Assembly: GCA_035528035.1 (NCBI GenBank) | Contig: DATKZI010000044.1 | Coordinates: 18,034-82,033, forward strand | Source of the DNA: Candidatus Bathyarchaeia archaeon | GTDB lineage: Archaea; Asgardarchaeota; Heimdallarchaeia; JABLTI01 | Direction of reading: 5' to 3' | Length of the DNA: 64,000 nt | Part shown: positions 39,301 through 47,252 of the stretch, piece after piece | Layout: every line of letters begins with the position of its first letter | Position numbering within the stretch: position 1 is the first letter of the stretch | Notes under the pieces: generated by a model | What the model saw: only the letters and a program-made list of their open reading frames with translations | Databases searched by the model: none | Told to the model about the DNA's origin: nothing | Position numbers and translations under genes: made by a program

Positions 39301-42300
39301 TGAAGGTTCATATCCTTTTGATGATAGAGCTAATGGATTTGTTATGGGAGAAGGCGCAGGATTTTGTATTTTAAAACGACTCTCTGATGCAACAAGAGAT
39401 GGCGATAAAATTTATGCTGTTGTAAGAGGAATGGGTGCTTCTTCTGATGGAAGAGGGAAAGGTATTACTGCACCAAATCCTTCAGGTCAAAAACTAGCAA
39501 TAGAACGTGCACTTGAACAAGCTAAAATTAAATTTTCAGATATTCAACTTGTAGAAGCTCATGGAACAAGTACGATTGTTGGTGATGCTGTTGAATTACA
39601 AGTTCTAAATGAAATTGCAAAAAATGTTACTCCGGGATCAATTGCTATAGGCTCTATTAAAAGTCAAATTGGACATTTAAAAAGTGCTGCAGGTATTGCT
39701 TCACTAATAAAAACTGCTTTAGCATTACATCATAAAACATTACCTCCTTCCGTTAACTTTGAAAAACCTAATCAAAAGATTGACTGGAAAATCTCACCAT
39801 TTTATGTTAATGTTACTAAAAATGATTGGAATAAACCTGCGACAGATATTAGAATAGCTGGGATATCAGCATTTGGTTTTGGTGGGACAAATTATCATGC
39901 CATTTTAGAAGAATATATTCCTGGTAAAACTAAAGGTTATCTACCAAAAGTAATCTCAATTGAAGAGATTCAAAAAATATTTAGCAGTTTAAAAGCTACT
40001 AAACCAATTACTGCTAGCACCGATTTTGAAGAGGTTTTTGATAAAAAGGGTTGGCAGAATTACTATCAAAAAAATGTTCATTTAGAAACAGAAGCTTTAT
40101 TCATCGGAGCTAGTTCTAATGAAAAATTACTAGCTGAATTACAAAGATACCAAAGTAAAATTACAGCTACGACCTATCCAATTGATGGAATTGGCTTACG
40201 TATAAGAGATTTAGCTTTCGAAAGTTTAAGTGCTCTTTCTAATAAAAATAAAATTGGTTTTACAGCAAATTCTGTTGATGATATTCCTACAATAATTAAA
40301 ACAGCAATTGAAGGTTTAAATGATAAAACCAAAAGAACATTCTTACAAAATAAGGGAATCTTTTACAGTGATGACCATTCATTAGGCAAGATTGCTTTTC
40401 TATTTCCTGGGCAAGGAAGTCAATATGTTCGTATGGGCAAAGAACTTTGGGATAAATATGAAATTGTAAGAGAAACATTCAGAGAAGCAGATGAAATAAC
40501 ACAGAAAATGATGAATTTCAAAATTACTGAGGCTATTTTTGCTATAGGAAAAAATGATGATAAAGCAAATGAATTATTAAAGCAAACAGAAATTACTCAA
40601 CCAGCAATTTTTGTTCTTAATATAGCCATTTATCGTCTCCTAGAATCATTTGGAATTAAACCTGATTTTGTAGCTGGACATTCTCTTGGTGAATATTCAG
40701 CATTAGTTTCAGCAGGAATTTTAAGCTTCGGTGATGGTTTAAGAGCGGTTGTTCCTAGAGGTCAAGCTATGGCTGAATTTTCAACTAAAGATAAAGGGAT
40801 TATGGCCTCTGTAAGTGCTGGTTACGAAGAAATAGATGAACTCCTTCAGAAAATAGATGGCTATGTTATCTGTGCAAATAAAAATACTCCTAATCAAACA
40901 GTTATCTCTGGAGCAACAAAAACAGTAAAAGCAGCTATGAAGATATTTGCCGAAAAAGGAATTCAAGCAATACAATTACCTGTTTCTGCAGCATTTCATT
41001 CTAAAATAGTTGCACCTGCAGTTGATCATTTAAGAATTTCTTTAGAAAAATTAACATTCAATAAACCAAAAATGAATATTTCAAGCAATGTCACAGGCAA
41101 ACTTTATCCCACTACTCGAGATGAGATAATTAATCTTTTGTGTGAACAAATATCTTCACCCGTTGAGTGGATTAAACAAATAAAATCTATGTACGAAGAT
41201 TATGGAGTTAAAACTTTTATTGAGATTGGTCCAAAGTACGTTTTAACAAGTTTTACTCGAGCAATACTCGATGATAAGAAGGATTATTTCGCTTTAGCTT
41301 CCAATCATCCAAAGAAAGGAGCTATGCAACATTTCAATGAAGTAATTGCTGCCTTAGGAACATTTGGTTATCCATTGAAAATACCATCCTTAAATGATAA
41401 TCTCTATGCAGATGAATTCAGAAATCCTCTAAAGAGATTCTTTATCAGAAAGCCAATTGAAAGACAAACTTCAGTTGCAACTATAGTTAAAGAGTCTCCT
41501 TTCGATGTTTTATTGGATCAAGAATTAGAAAAATTAACTGGTGATAGTTCATTCAAAGATTATTTAGAATTACAAGGACCAGCCATTTCGGCTTTTCTCA
41601 AGGTAGGTTATAATACCTACAAAGATAAAATTGCTTCTGCAATAAAAGAAAAAGAAGAAATGGATAAACTTGAGATAAATACTGAACCAATTGGTGTGAC
41701 TGGTATTTCCATAGGACTTCCAGGAAAAAATAGACATGTTTTTGATGATTCTAATTTTGATGCAATACTCAATGGTCAGAATTTCATTGAGAAGATTCCT
41801 CTAGAATTCAGAAATAAAATGGTTGATAAGAATATTGTTAGATTAGTGAAGGATGCTGTTAAAGGTGCTCAATTCCAAACAATAACTGATGTAAAAGATG
41901 TAATCAAACTAGCAGCACAAAAAGGAGAATTTGATTTATCAAAAGAATATGGTATTGATGTTGAATTTACATCCGTTTTAGATATCACTTTCCAATTAGC
42001 CTTTGCTGCTGGAATTGAAGCATTACGCGATGCAGGAATACCTTTAGTACCAATGAAAACGCAAACATCAGTTGGTAAGGAAATTACTAAAGGTTGGGCA
42101 TTACCAGAATCGTTAAGAGATGATACCGGAATAGTTTTCGCTTCAGCTTTTCCTGGATATAGCAATTTAATATCAATAATTTCAAAATATCTTACAGATA
42201 AATACAGCAAGAAGAATAAGGAAGAAAAATTGGTTCTATATCAAGAACTAATAAATCAGATTTCTAATGAATCAGCTAAGAAGCAGATTAATACTTGGTT

Positions 42301-45300
42301 TGAAAAGAATAAAACACTATTAACTACTGAAGAAACACATTTTGAATTCAGTAGAAAATTCTTATTTGAAATTCTCTCTATGGGACATTCACAATTTGCT
42401 CAATTAATACGAGCACGAGGTCCAAATACCCAAGTCAATGCAGCATGTTCATCAACAACACAAGCCATTGCAATTGGTGAGGATTGGATTCGTAATGGTC
42501 GATGTAATAGAGTAATTGTTATTGCAGCAGATGATGTAACTAATGATGAAATGCTTGAATGGATCGCTTCAGGTTTTCTTGCAGTAGGTGCTGCAACAAC
42601 TAAAGAGAAGGTTGAGGAAGCAGCCTTACCATTCGATAACCGGAGACATGGTATGATTATCGGTATGGGTGCTGCTGGAATTATTTTGGAATCTGATAGT
42701 GTAATAAAGGCTCGAGGAGTTAAACCAATTGCTGATCTATTAGGCACACATATAGTGAATTCTGCTTTTCATGGAACACGATTAGACAGAGATCATATAT
42801 CTTCGCAAGTAGATGAATTTATTTCAAAGATTGAAAAGAGATACAAAATTTCTCGAGAGGAAATAGCTCGACAATTAGTTTTTGTAAGTCATGAGACATA
42901 TACACCTGCAAGAGGAGGAAGTGCTTCTGCTGAGATAGATGCTCTTAGAAGGACCTTTGGTAATTTTATTGATAATATCGTTATTGCTAATACTAAAGGT
43001 TTCACAGGGCATGCAATGGGAGCAGGAATAGAAGATGTTGTAGCAATTAAGATTTTAGAAAAAGGTATTGTTCCACCAGTAGCAAATTGGAAAGAACAAG
43101 ACCCTGAATTAGGTAAATTGAATCTTTCAAAAGGTGGAAAATATGATGTTAAATATGCTCTTCGATTTGCAGCAGGATTTGGTTCACAATTAACTTTAGC
43201 TTTATTTAGAGTTAATACACAACAGAATAGATTCCAAAGTGGTGAATATGACCAATGGTTACAATCTTTACATGGTAGTCGTCAAACCCTTGAAGTTGTT
43301 AACAAAACTTTACGTTTAAACAAAGATCCTTCACTCATTCAACAAAAACAAATTGAATTGAAATCAGAAATACTTTCGACTCAAGCTTCATCTATGAAAG
43401 AATTAGATAAAGATCTTTTAACAACTATTGTTAATTTAATTTCTGAAAAAACTGGCTATCCAGTTGATATGATTGAACCTAATATGCATCTTGAGGAAGA
43501 CTTGGGAATAGATACAGTCAAACAAGCTGAATTATTTGGCTTAATTAGAACTAAATACAATTTACCTCGAGAGGAGGGAGTTAGAATTCAAGAATATTCA
43601 TCAGTTAATAAAATAGCTGAATATATTTCTTCCAAATTATCTCCTGGAACATCCGCTCAAAAGGATGTTGTTCAACAGATAGCTATTACTGACGATAAAG
43701 TCTCGAGTAGCCTTGGTCAAAAAGATGATATTGTTAAAGAAATAACCAACATGATCTCTGAAAAAACTGGTTATCCAGTAGAGATGATCGAACCTGAAAT
43801 GGAATTAGAAGAAGACTTAGGTATTGATACTGTTAAACAAGCTGAAATGTTTGGTATAATACGAACAAAATGGAATCTACCTCGAGAAGAGGGGATAAAG
43901 ATCCAAGAATATTCTACTGTAAACAAAATAGCTGATTATATTCTTAATCGGTTAAAAGGTTCTGAAACCAAACAAACAATTTCTTCAACAGTCGATACTT
44001 CTGAAGCTTCTATGGATGAGATTATTCCCGCAAAGAGATTAGCAATTCAACTAATTGAAGCCCCTTTACCTAAAGTAGATAAACTTTCGTTATCAAAGAA
44101 GAAATTCATTATTGTAGGAGAAAGTAACCAATTTAGTGATGAATTGCTAGAAATTCTTCGAAAACAAAAAGCAACAATCGTAAATGTTCTTGATATTAAG
44201 AAAATTAATTCTGAAACTAAACTTAAACAAGAATTACCTACTGAAGAAATTGATGGTTTAATATACATTGAACCAAAAACAACACAAAATAATAAGCATA
44301 ATAATACAGCTAGAACACTATTCCTACTTTGTAAATTAACTAAATTTAGTGAAAAACCCTTCATTTTAACCATAAATAATTCAGATTCAGCTTTTGGATG
44401 GGAAGGAAAGACTTCTCCTATAACTGGTTCAATAACTGGTTTAACAAAATCGCTAGCTCGAGAATTCTCAAAGGGAATTATTAGAACTGTTTCATGCTTA
44501 AAACCAGAACAAGCTATTTCTGAATTAATTTCAGGTGATGGTTCAATTGAAATCTCTTATGATAAAGCAGGTAACAGAAGAATTTTTGCAACTCAAGAAT
44601 CACCTATCTCAACTAAACAAACACAATTCAAACCAACATCTGATGATCTAATAATTATCTCCGGTGGAGCTCAAGGTATTACTTATGAAATTACCAAAAA
44701 AATTGCTGAAAAATATAAAACAAAATTAGCTTTACTTGGCAGAACCAAATTACCTGAAAATATTGATGAATTAGTAGCATTGGACCAAAATGGTTTAGAT
44801 AATCTTAAAGCTCAAATGATCGAACAACTAAAAGCAAAAGAAGATAAAGTAACTCCTGTTATCATTGAAAAAGAATGGTCTAAGATAACTAAAGCTATTA
44901 GCGTTAAAAAAGCACTTAACTATCTTATCAAACAAGGTTCTCCAACAAGATATTATTCTGTTGATGTTATTAACAACGAAGAAATGGTTCAAACAATCCA
45001 AAAAATCACTAAAGACTTTAAGCAAATCGTAACCGGAATTGTTCATGGTGCTGGTTTAGAATCATCTAAATTAATTGGTGAGAAAAAAATAGACGATTTT
45101 GATAATGTCTACAACGTTAAAGCTATTGGTTTTGACAATTTATTAACAAATCTAGATGTAAAACAACTCAAGTTTGTTGTCTGTTTCTCCTCAGTTGCAG
45201 GAAGATTTGGAAATGCTGGGCAAGTGGATTATTCTGCTGCAAACGATTATCTAAGTAAAAGCTGTTGGCAATTACATTCACAAGGACTTCGAGCGATTTC

Positions 45301-47101
45301 TGTTTGTTGGTCAGCTTGGGATGAGATAGGGATGGCAACAAGAGGTTCTGTTATGAAGATTTTGAAATATGCTGGTGTAACACCACTAAAAGTTGAAGAT
45401 GGTGTTAATGCATTTATTCAAGAACTTGAATATGGTCAAGAAGCAGAAATTGTTATTGCTGGGAAATTAGGTGTTTTATTGGATTCACCAGCAGCATTTA
45501 TTTCAATTGATTCCAAATCCTATCCTTTAATTGGAGAATTTAAACGAAATTTTGATGGCTCAATAACAGCTGAAAGAACATTTAGTTTAGAAAATGATCT
45601 TTATCTTAATCACCACAGATTTGAGGATATACCTTATCTGCCAGGTGTTATGGGATTAGAATTATTTGTTGAATTAGCAAGAATAATGTATCCTTCAAAG
45701 ATAATAAATAGATTCGAAAATGTCTCCTTCAAATCAGCAGTCAAATTCAAGAATGATATCCCTAGAAAACTAAGATCTAAATTATCCTTTAGTAATGATT
45801 TAGCGAAAGTTATTTTAGAATCAGATTTTGAAAAGGATGGAGTAAAACTTGGTGAAACAAGAACACATTTTACTGCGGATATTGTTTTTGGTAAAAAAGA
45901 AATTAAAATAATAGATATACCAAAAATGAAATCAGGTTATCTTGTAAATAATTCTAGGATTTACAAAATTCTTCCACATAAGGAATTATTCCGAACTTTG
46001 AAAGGCATCAATGAAATTACTAAACAAATCATATCCATACCAACTGAAGTAAAAGGTAATCAATTTGCTTGGGATATTAAAGAATTATATGCTGAACCTT
46101 TAGTAATTGAAGCAGCATTTCAAACAATGGGACTCTTAGATATTATTAAAGATAACAAGTTAGGATTGCCTTTTAGCATAAAATCTCTTCAATATTATCA
46201 GACAAAAGAACAACCTGCATATATTTTTGGTACAAAAGTAGCTGATACAGATTTTGGTAGTTTATATAATTTTGAAGTTGTAACCAAAACTGGACAATTA
46301 CTTATGGAGGCTAATGGTTATGCAACAGTTCACGTTGATTTTGGTGCTGATCTTTCGGGAATTGATGATATTCAAATAGATCGAGTTAAACGATTGTTTT
46401 CGTTACCTCCTGGAACTTTTCTTGAAGTGAACAATGTATCACAAATAAAGAAAATGATAGAATCAAATCCTAATTTAGTTACAGATTATCTTCATCCTGA
46501 TGAAATAGAACATTTGAAAACACTTACAATAGAAAAACGAAGAAATGAATGGTTAAGTGGAATTATAGCTGTCAAAAAAGCCTTACAAAAATATAAACCT
46601 GAAATACAAATTAATAACATTAAAATAGAGAAAAACGAGTTAGGCAAACCCTTCATTAAATTGAACAAAAACGAAAGTATTTACGTTTCTATTACACATA
46701 GCAATAGTTTTGCTGTTGGGATAATAAATCCTTCAATTGATACAGGTATTGATCTAGAAATAATTGAAAAAAGAGACCAAGCAATTATTGATGAATTACT
46801 TAGTCCAAAGGACCAGGAATTTTTACAAAATAATAAACAAGCAATCACTGAAGAATTATTAACTAAAATATGGTCTGCAAAGGAAGCAGCTTCTAAAGTT
46901 TTAGGTGTTGGATTGAATATTGATTTGCATGATTTAATTGTCAGTAAATATGATGAACAAGAGATAACTATTCAAGTAAACCCAATTAAATTACCTCAAA
47001 ATAACAAACTAAAACCATACAGCAAAGATATTGAATTATCAACAAAACTCGATACAAATGAAGAATATGTTGCGGCAGTCTGCCGACTAAAAAGTTTATA
47101 G
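36359..47101 (+). CDS. Giant multidomain type I fatty-acid/polyketide synthase-like megasynthase (NMO-like, ER, KS, AT, KS, ACP, ACP, KR, DH, PPTase)
   Basis: It is one uninterrupted 3580-aa ORF, with GGAG 8 nt upstream of the ATG. All domain motifs were read directly from the sequence and are listed in the sub-features below. Confidence 0.9.
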   Translation: MVLINDFDSFMQMRKPILAYNPPGILSVDLLKTVIREGGVGLVNLERMKLNESKELLNVCLSELQNNWGIRISNKQQLELLLNLPANTSPILLITSNLDLTQAELEKIKTKQFIILAEVTNLQEAYSKKWASSYIVKGYEAGGRIGNETSFILSQQFADAGLSFIVQGGVGLYTSPAIFIAGAKAIVLDTQLYLTPECPLPQNIKDFLSKLDATDTRVLGDSTNYKYRVYARLGTKIVNDFIIKEKELLTFNKKERTEKIQNEISSQREMFESNNFMNNLLPMGQDISFAKILTDEFGTVTGIINGLLRQIEKQIKSAITNYPLQENNLISKELGIRYPIIQGPMANVSESPVFAKLISDAGGLPFLALGSLFKGQTRTLITKTKEKLGDAPFGCGIIGLEANKKARDEHLKIIQELKPPFVVVAAGTIDQAKEVMGYGIKTFLHTPSPAIFREAFESGVSNLVLEGMECGGHIGVLTSFVLWELSLHELSANKEKITTNQGKINVAFAGGIGDKFSAAMAGILCSAHPEIMNGLLWVGTAYILVKEIVETDTIQPLYQQLALNAKETVVVGETVNTRARSIPTPFTKVIIERELARLKEGVSLADRKHQYERDNLGSTRIAALGEIWNPEGEDDKPNRFMPIDEKGQYQKGNYLIGQIIASLRCIRTLDDLHTDLIINSEELVKKRAESISERLVPSQQKIESSLISDESVLPEYDLKSFEDEGIAIVGLGCVFPDALNINAFWNNILNKVYSIKEIPSERWADNIDLFYDQNKDAPNKSYTKIAASISNFNFNSLEFKIPPKVAITMGRAQKLALVAAKEALEDAKMLSSDYDHSRTAVIIGNSMGDEIRTSHSRKVFAPEVLSRIEKSSSFSNIDNKTWEKIKTQVLADYETQLVPINEDTMPGELSNVIAGRISNTFNLRGKNMTTDAACASSLAALNVAAKGLLDFEYDIVLCGGADCSLDPPTFIKFAKIGALSAEGSYPFDDRANGFVMGEGAGFCILKRLSDATRDGDKIYAVVRGMGASSDGRGKGITAPNPSGQKLAIERALEQAKIKFSDIQLVEAHGTSTIVGDAVELQVLNEIAKNVTPGSIAIGSIKSQIGHLKSAAGIASLIKTALALHHKTLPPSVNFEKPNQKIDWKISPFYVNVTKNDWNKPATDIRIAGISAFGFGGTNYHAILEEYIPGKTKGYLPKVISIEEIQKIFSSLKATKPITASTDFEEVFDKKGWQNYYQKNVHLETEALFIGASSNEKLLAELQRYQSKITATTYPIDGIGLRIRDLAFESLSALSNKNKIGFTANSVDDIPTIIKTAIEGLNDKTKRTFLQNKGIFYSDDHSLGKIAFLFPGQGSQYVRMGKELWDKYEIVRETFREADEITQKMMNFKITEAIFAIGKNDDKANELLKQTEITQPAIFVLNIAIYRLLESFGIKPDFVAGHSLGEYSALVSAGILSFGDGLRAVVPRGQAMAEFSTKDKGIMASVSAGYEEIDELLQKIDGYVICANKNTPNQTVISGATKTVKAAMKIFAEKGIQAIQLPVSAAFHSKIVAPAVDHLRISLEKLTFNKPKMNISSNVTGKLYPTTRDEIINLLCEQISSPVEWIKQIKSMYEDYGVKTFIEIGPKYVLTSFTRAILDDKKDYFALASNHPKKGAMQHFNEVIAALGTFGYPLKIPSLNDNLYADEFRNPLKRFFIRKPIERQTSVATIVKESPFDVLLDQELEKLTGDSSFKDYLELQGPAISAFLKVGYNTYKDKIASAIKEKEEMDKLEINTEPIGVTGISIGLPGKNRHVFDDSNFDAILNGQNFIEKIPLEFRNKMVDKNIVRLVKDAVKGAQFQTITDVKDVIKLAAQKGEFDLSKEYGIDVEFTSVLDITFQLAFAAGIEALRDAGIPLVPMKTQTSVGKEITKGWALPESLRDDTGIVFASAFPGYSNLISIISKYLTDKYSKKNKEEKLVLYQELINQISNESAKKQINTWFEKNKTLLTTEETHFEFSRKFLFEILSMGHSQFAQLIRARGPNTQVNAACSSTTQAIAIGEDWIRNGRCNRVIVIAADDVTNDEMLEWIASGFLAVGAATTKEKVEEAALPFDNRRHGMIIGMGAAGIILESDSVIKARGVKPIADLLGTHIVNSAFHGTRLDRDHISSQVDEFISKIEKRYKISREEIARQLVFVSHETYTPARGGSASAEIDALRRTFGNFIDNIVIANTKGFTGHAMGAGIEDVVAIKILEKGIVPPVANWKEQDPELGKLNLSKGGKYDVKYALRFAAGFGSQLTLALFRVNTQQNRFQSGEYDQWLQSLHGSRQTLEVVNKTLRLNKDPSLIQQKQIELKSEILSTQASSMKELDKDLLTTIVNLISEKTGYPVDMIEPNMHLEEDLGIDTVKQAELFGLIRTKYNLPREEGVRIQEYSSVNKIAEYISSKLSPGTSAQKDVVQQIAITDDKVSSSLGQKDDIVKEITNMISEKTGYPVEMIEPEMELEEDLGIDTVKQAEMFGIIRTKWNLPREEGIKIQEYSTVNKIADYILNRLKGSETKQTISSTVDTSEASMDEIIPAKRLAIQLIEAPLPKVDKLSLSKKKFIIVGESNQFSDELLEILRKQKATIVNVLDIKKINSETKLKQELPTEEIDGLIYIEPKTTQNNKHNNTARTLFLLCKLTKFSEKPFILTINNSDSAFGWEGKTSPITGSITGLTKSLAREFSKGIIRTVSCLKPEQAISELISGDGSIEISYDKAGNRRIFATQESPISTKQTQFKPTSDDLIIISGGAQGITYEITKKIAEKYKTKLALLGRTKLPENIDELVALDQNGLDNLKAQMIEQLKAKEDKVTPVIIEKEWSKITKAISVKKALNYLIKQGSPTRYYSVDVINNEEMVQTIQKITKDFKQIVTGIVHGAGLESSKLIGEKKIDDFDNVYNVKAIGFDNLLTNLDVKQLKFVVCFSSVAGRFGNAGQVDYSAANDYLSKSCWQLHSQGLRAISVCWSAWDEIGMATRGSVMKILKYAGVTPLKVEDGVNAFIQELEYGQEAEIVIAGKLGVLLDSPAAFISIDSKSYPLIGEFKRNFDGSITAERTFSLENDLYLNHHRFEDIPYLPGVMGLELFVELARIMYPSKIINRFENVSFKSAVKFKNDIPRKLRSKLSFSNDLAKVILESDFEKDGVKLGETRTHFTADIVFGKKEIKIIDIPKMKSGYLVNNSRIYKILPHKELFRTLKGINEITKQIISIPTEVKGNQFAWDIKELYAEPLVIEAAFQTMGLLDIIKDNKLGLPFSIKSLQYYQTKEQPAYIFGTKVADTDFGSLYNFEVVTKTGQLLMEANGYATVHVDFGADLSGIDDIQIDRVKRLFSLPPGTFLEVNNVSQIKKMIESNPNLVTDYLHPDEIEHLKTLTIEKRRNEWLSGIIAVKKALQKYKPEIQINNIKIEKNELGKPFIKLNKNESIYVSITHSNSFAVGIINPSIDTGIDLEIIEKRDQAIIDELLSPKDQEFLQNNKQAITEELLTKIWSAKEAASKVLGVGLNIDLHDLIVSKYDEQEITIQVNPIKLPQNNKLKPYSKDIELSTKLDTNEEYVAAVCRLKSL
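36395..36965 (+). other. Megasynthase domain: degenerate NMO/FabK-like TIM-barrel domain (copy 1)
   Basis: GGVGLVNL, VKGYEAGGRIG (Arg where the second copy has His) and IVQGGVG are present. There is no GPM motif. Confidence 0.5.
37361..38440 (+). other. Megasynthase domain: FMN-type enoyl reductase (NMO / FabK / PfaD-like, copy 2)
   Basis: IRYPIIQGPMANVSE, LVLEGMECGGHIG and AFAGGIGD are present. Confidence 0.7.
38531..39916 (+). other. Megasynthase domain: ketosynthase 1
   Basis: GIAIVGLGCVFP is present. The active-site Cys lies in TTDAACASSL (TGT 39158-39160), with HGTSTIVGD (His codon 39560) and SQIGHLKSAAG (His codon 39674). Confidence 0.9.
40388..41269 (+). other. Megasynthase domain: acyltransferase (malonyl-type)
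   Basis: FLFPGQGSQY, GHSLGEYSA (Ser codon 40682-40684), VVPRGQAM and VSAAFHS are present. Confidence 0.85.
41690..43213 (+). other. Megasynthase domain: second, divergent ketosynthase
   Basis: VNAACSSTTQAI retains the Cys (TGT 42446-42448). Both His residues are kept, in SHETYTPARGG (His codon 42890) and TKGFTGHAMGAG (His codon 43010). Confidence 0.75.
43412..43639 (+). other. Megasynthase domain: carrier protein 1 (PUFA-synthase-type ACP) with Thr at the attachment position
   Basis: The sequence is ISEKTGYPVDMIEPNMHLEEDLGIDTVKQAELFG. The Thr codon ACA lies at 43514-43516. Confidence 0.8.
43724..43954 (+). other. Megasynthase domain: carrier protein 2 with Thr at the attachment position
   Basis: The sequence is ISEKTGYPVEMIEPEMELEEDLGIDTVKQAEMFG. 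The Thr codon ACT lies at 43829-43831, 315 nt after the ACP1 site. Confidence 0.8.
44031..45490 (+). other. Megasynthase domain: ketoreductase (structural plus catalytic SDR subdomains)
   Basis: It has the Rossmann motif IIISGGAQGIT and the catalytic region FSSVAGRFGNAGQVDYSAANDYL (Tyr codon 45230-45232). Confidence 0.8.
45521..46345 (+). other. Megasynthase domain: PKS-type (double hotdog) dehydratase
   Basis: LNHHRFEDIPYLPGVMGLE matches the HxxxGxxxxP-like motif, with D in place of G. The His codons lie at 45611-45616. Confidence 0.65.
46484..47098 (+). other. Megasynthase domain: C-terminal 4'-phosphopantetheinyl transferase
   Basis: RRNEWLSGIIAVKKAL, ITHSNSFAVG, GIDLEIIE and WSAKEAASKVLG are present. 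Confidence 0.75.
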
Positions 47102-47252
47102 GAACAAACCTTTACTAAAACTAGACATATCTCGGTAAAATATATGAATAAGAATAAAAATGTGGATTAGTGTATAATCTAAAGAGATAGTCAAATCAAT
47201 AACCAAGAATAAATGATATCCAATTTATTATGGTTATTATGAGGTATGTTCA

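Noticed and set aside
41690-43213. Interpreting the second KS-like domain as a chain-length factor, as in PfaC or type II PKS.
   Set aside because: The active-site Cys (AACSS) and both His residues are present, whereas CLFs lack the Cys.
36415-45046. Nine minus-strand ORFs of 60-115 aa inside the megasynthase gene (for example 36415-36720, 41869-42210, 42400-42747, 44047-44373), plus one plus-strand alternate-frame ORF at 38583-38804.
   Set aside because: They are shadows of a long, motif-rich coding frame, either antisense or out of frame. Their composition is low-complexity or hydrophobic and they carry no recognisable motifs.
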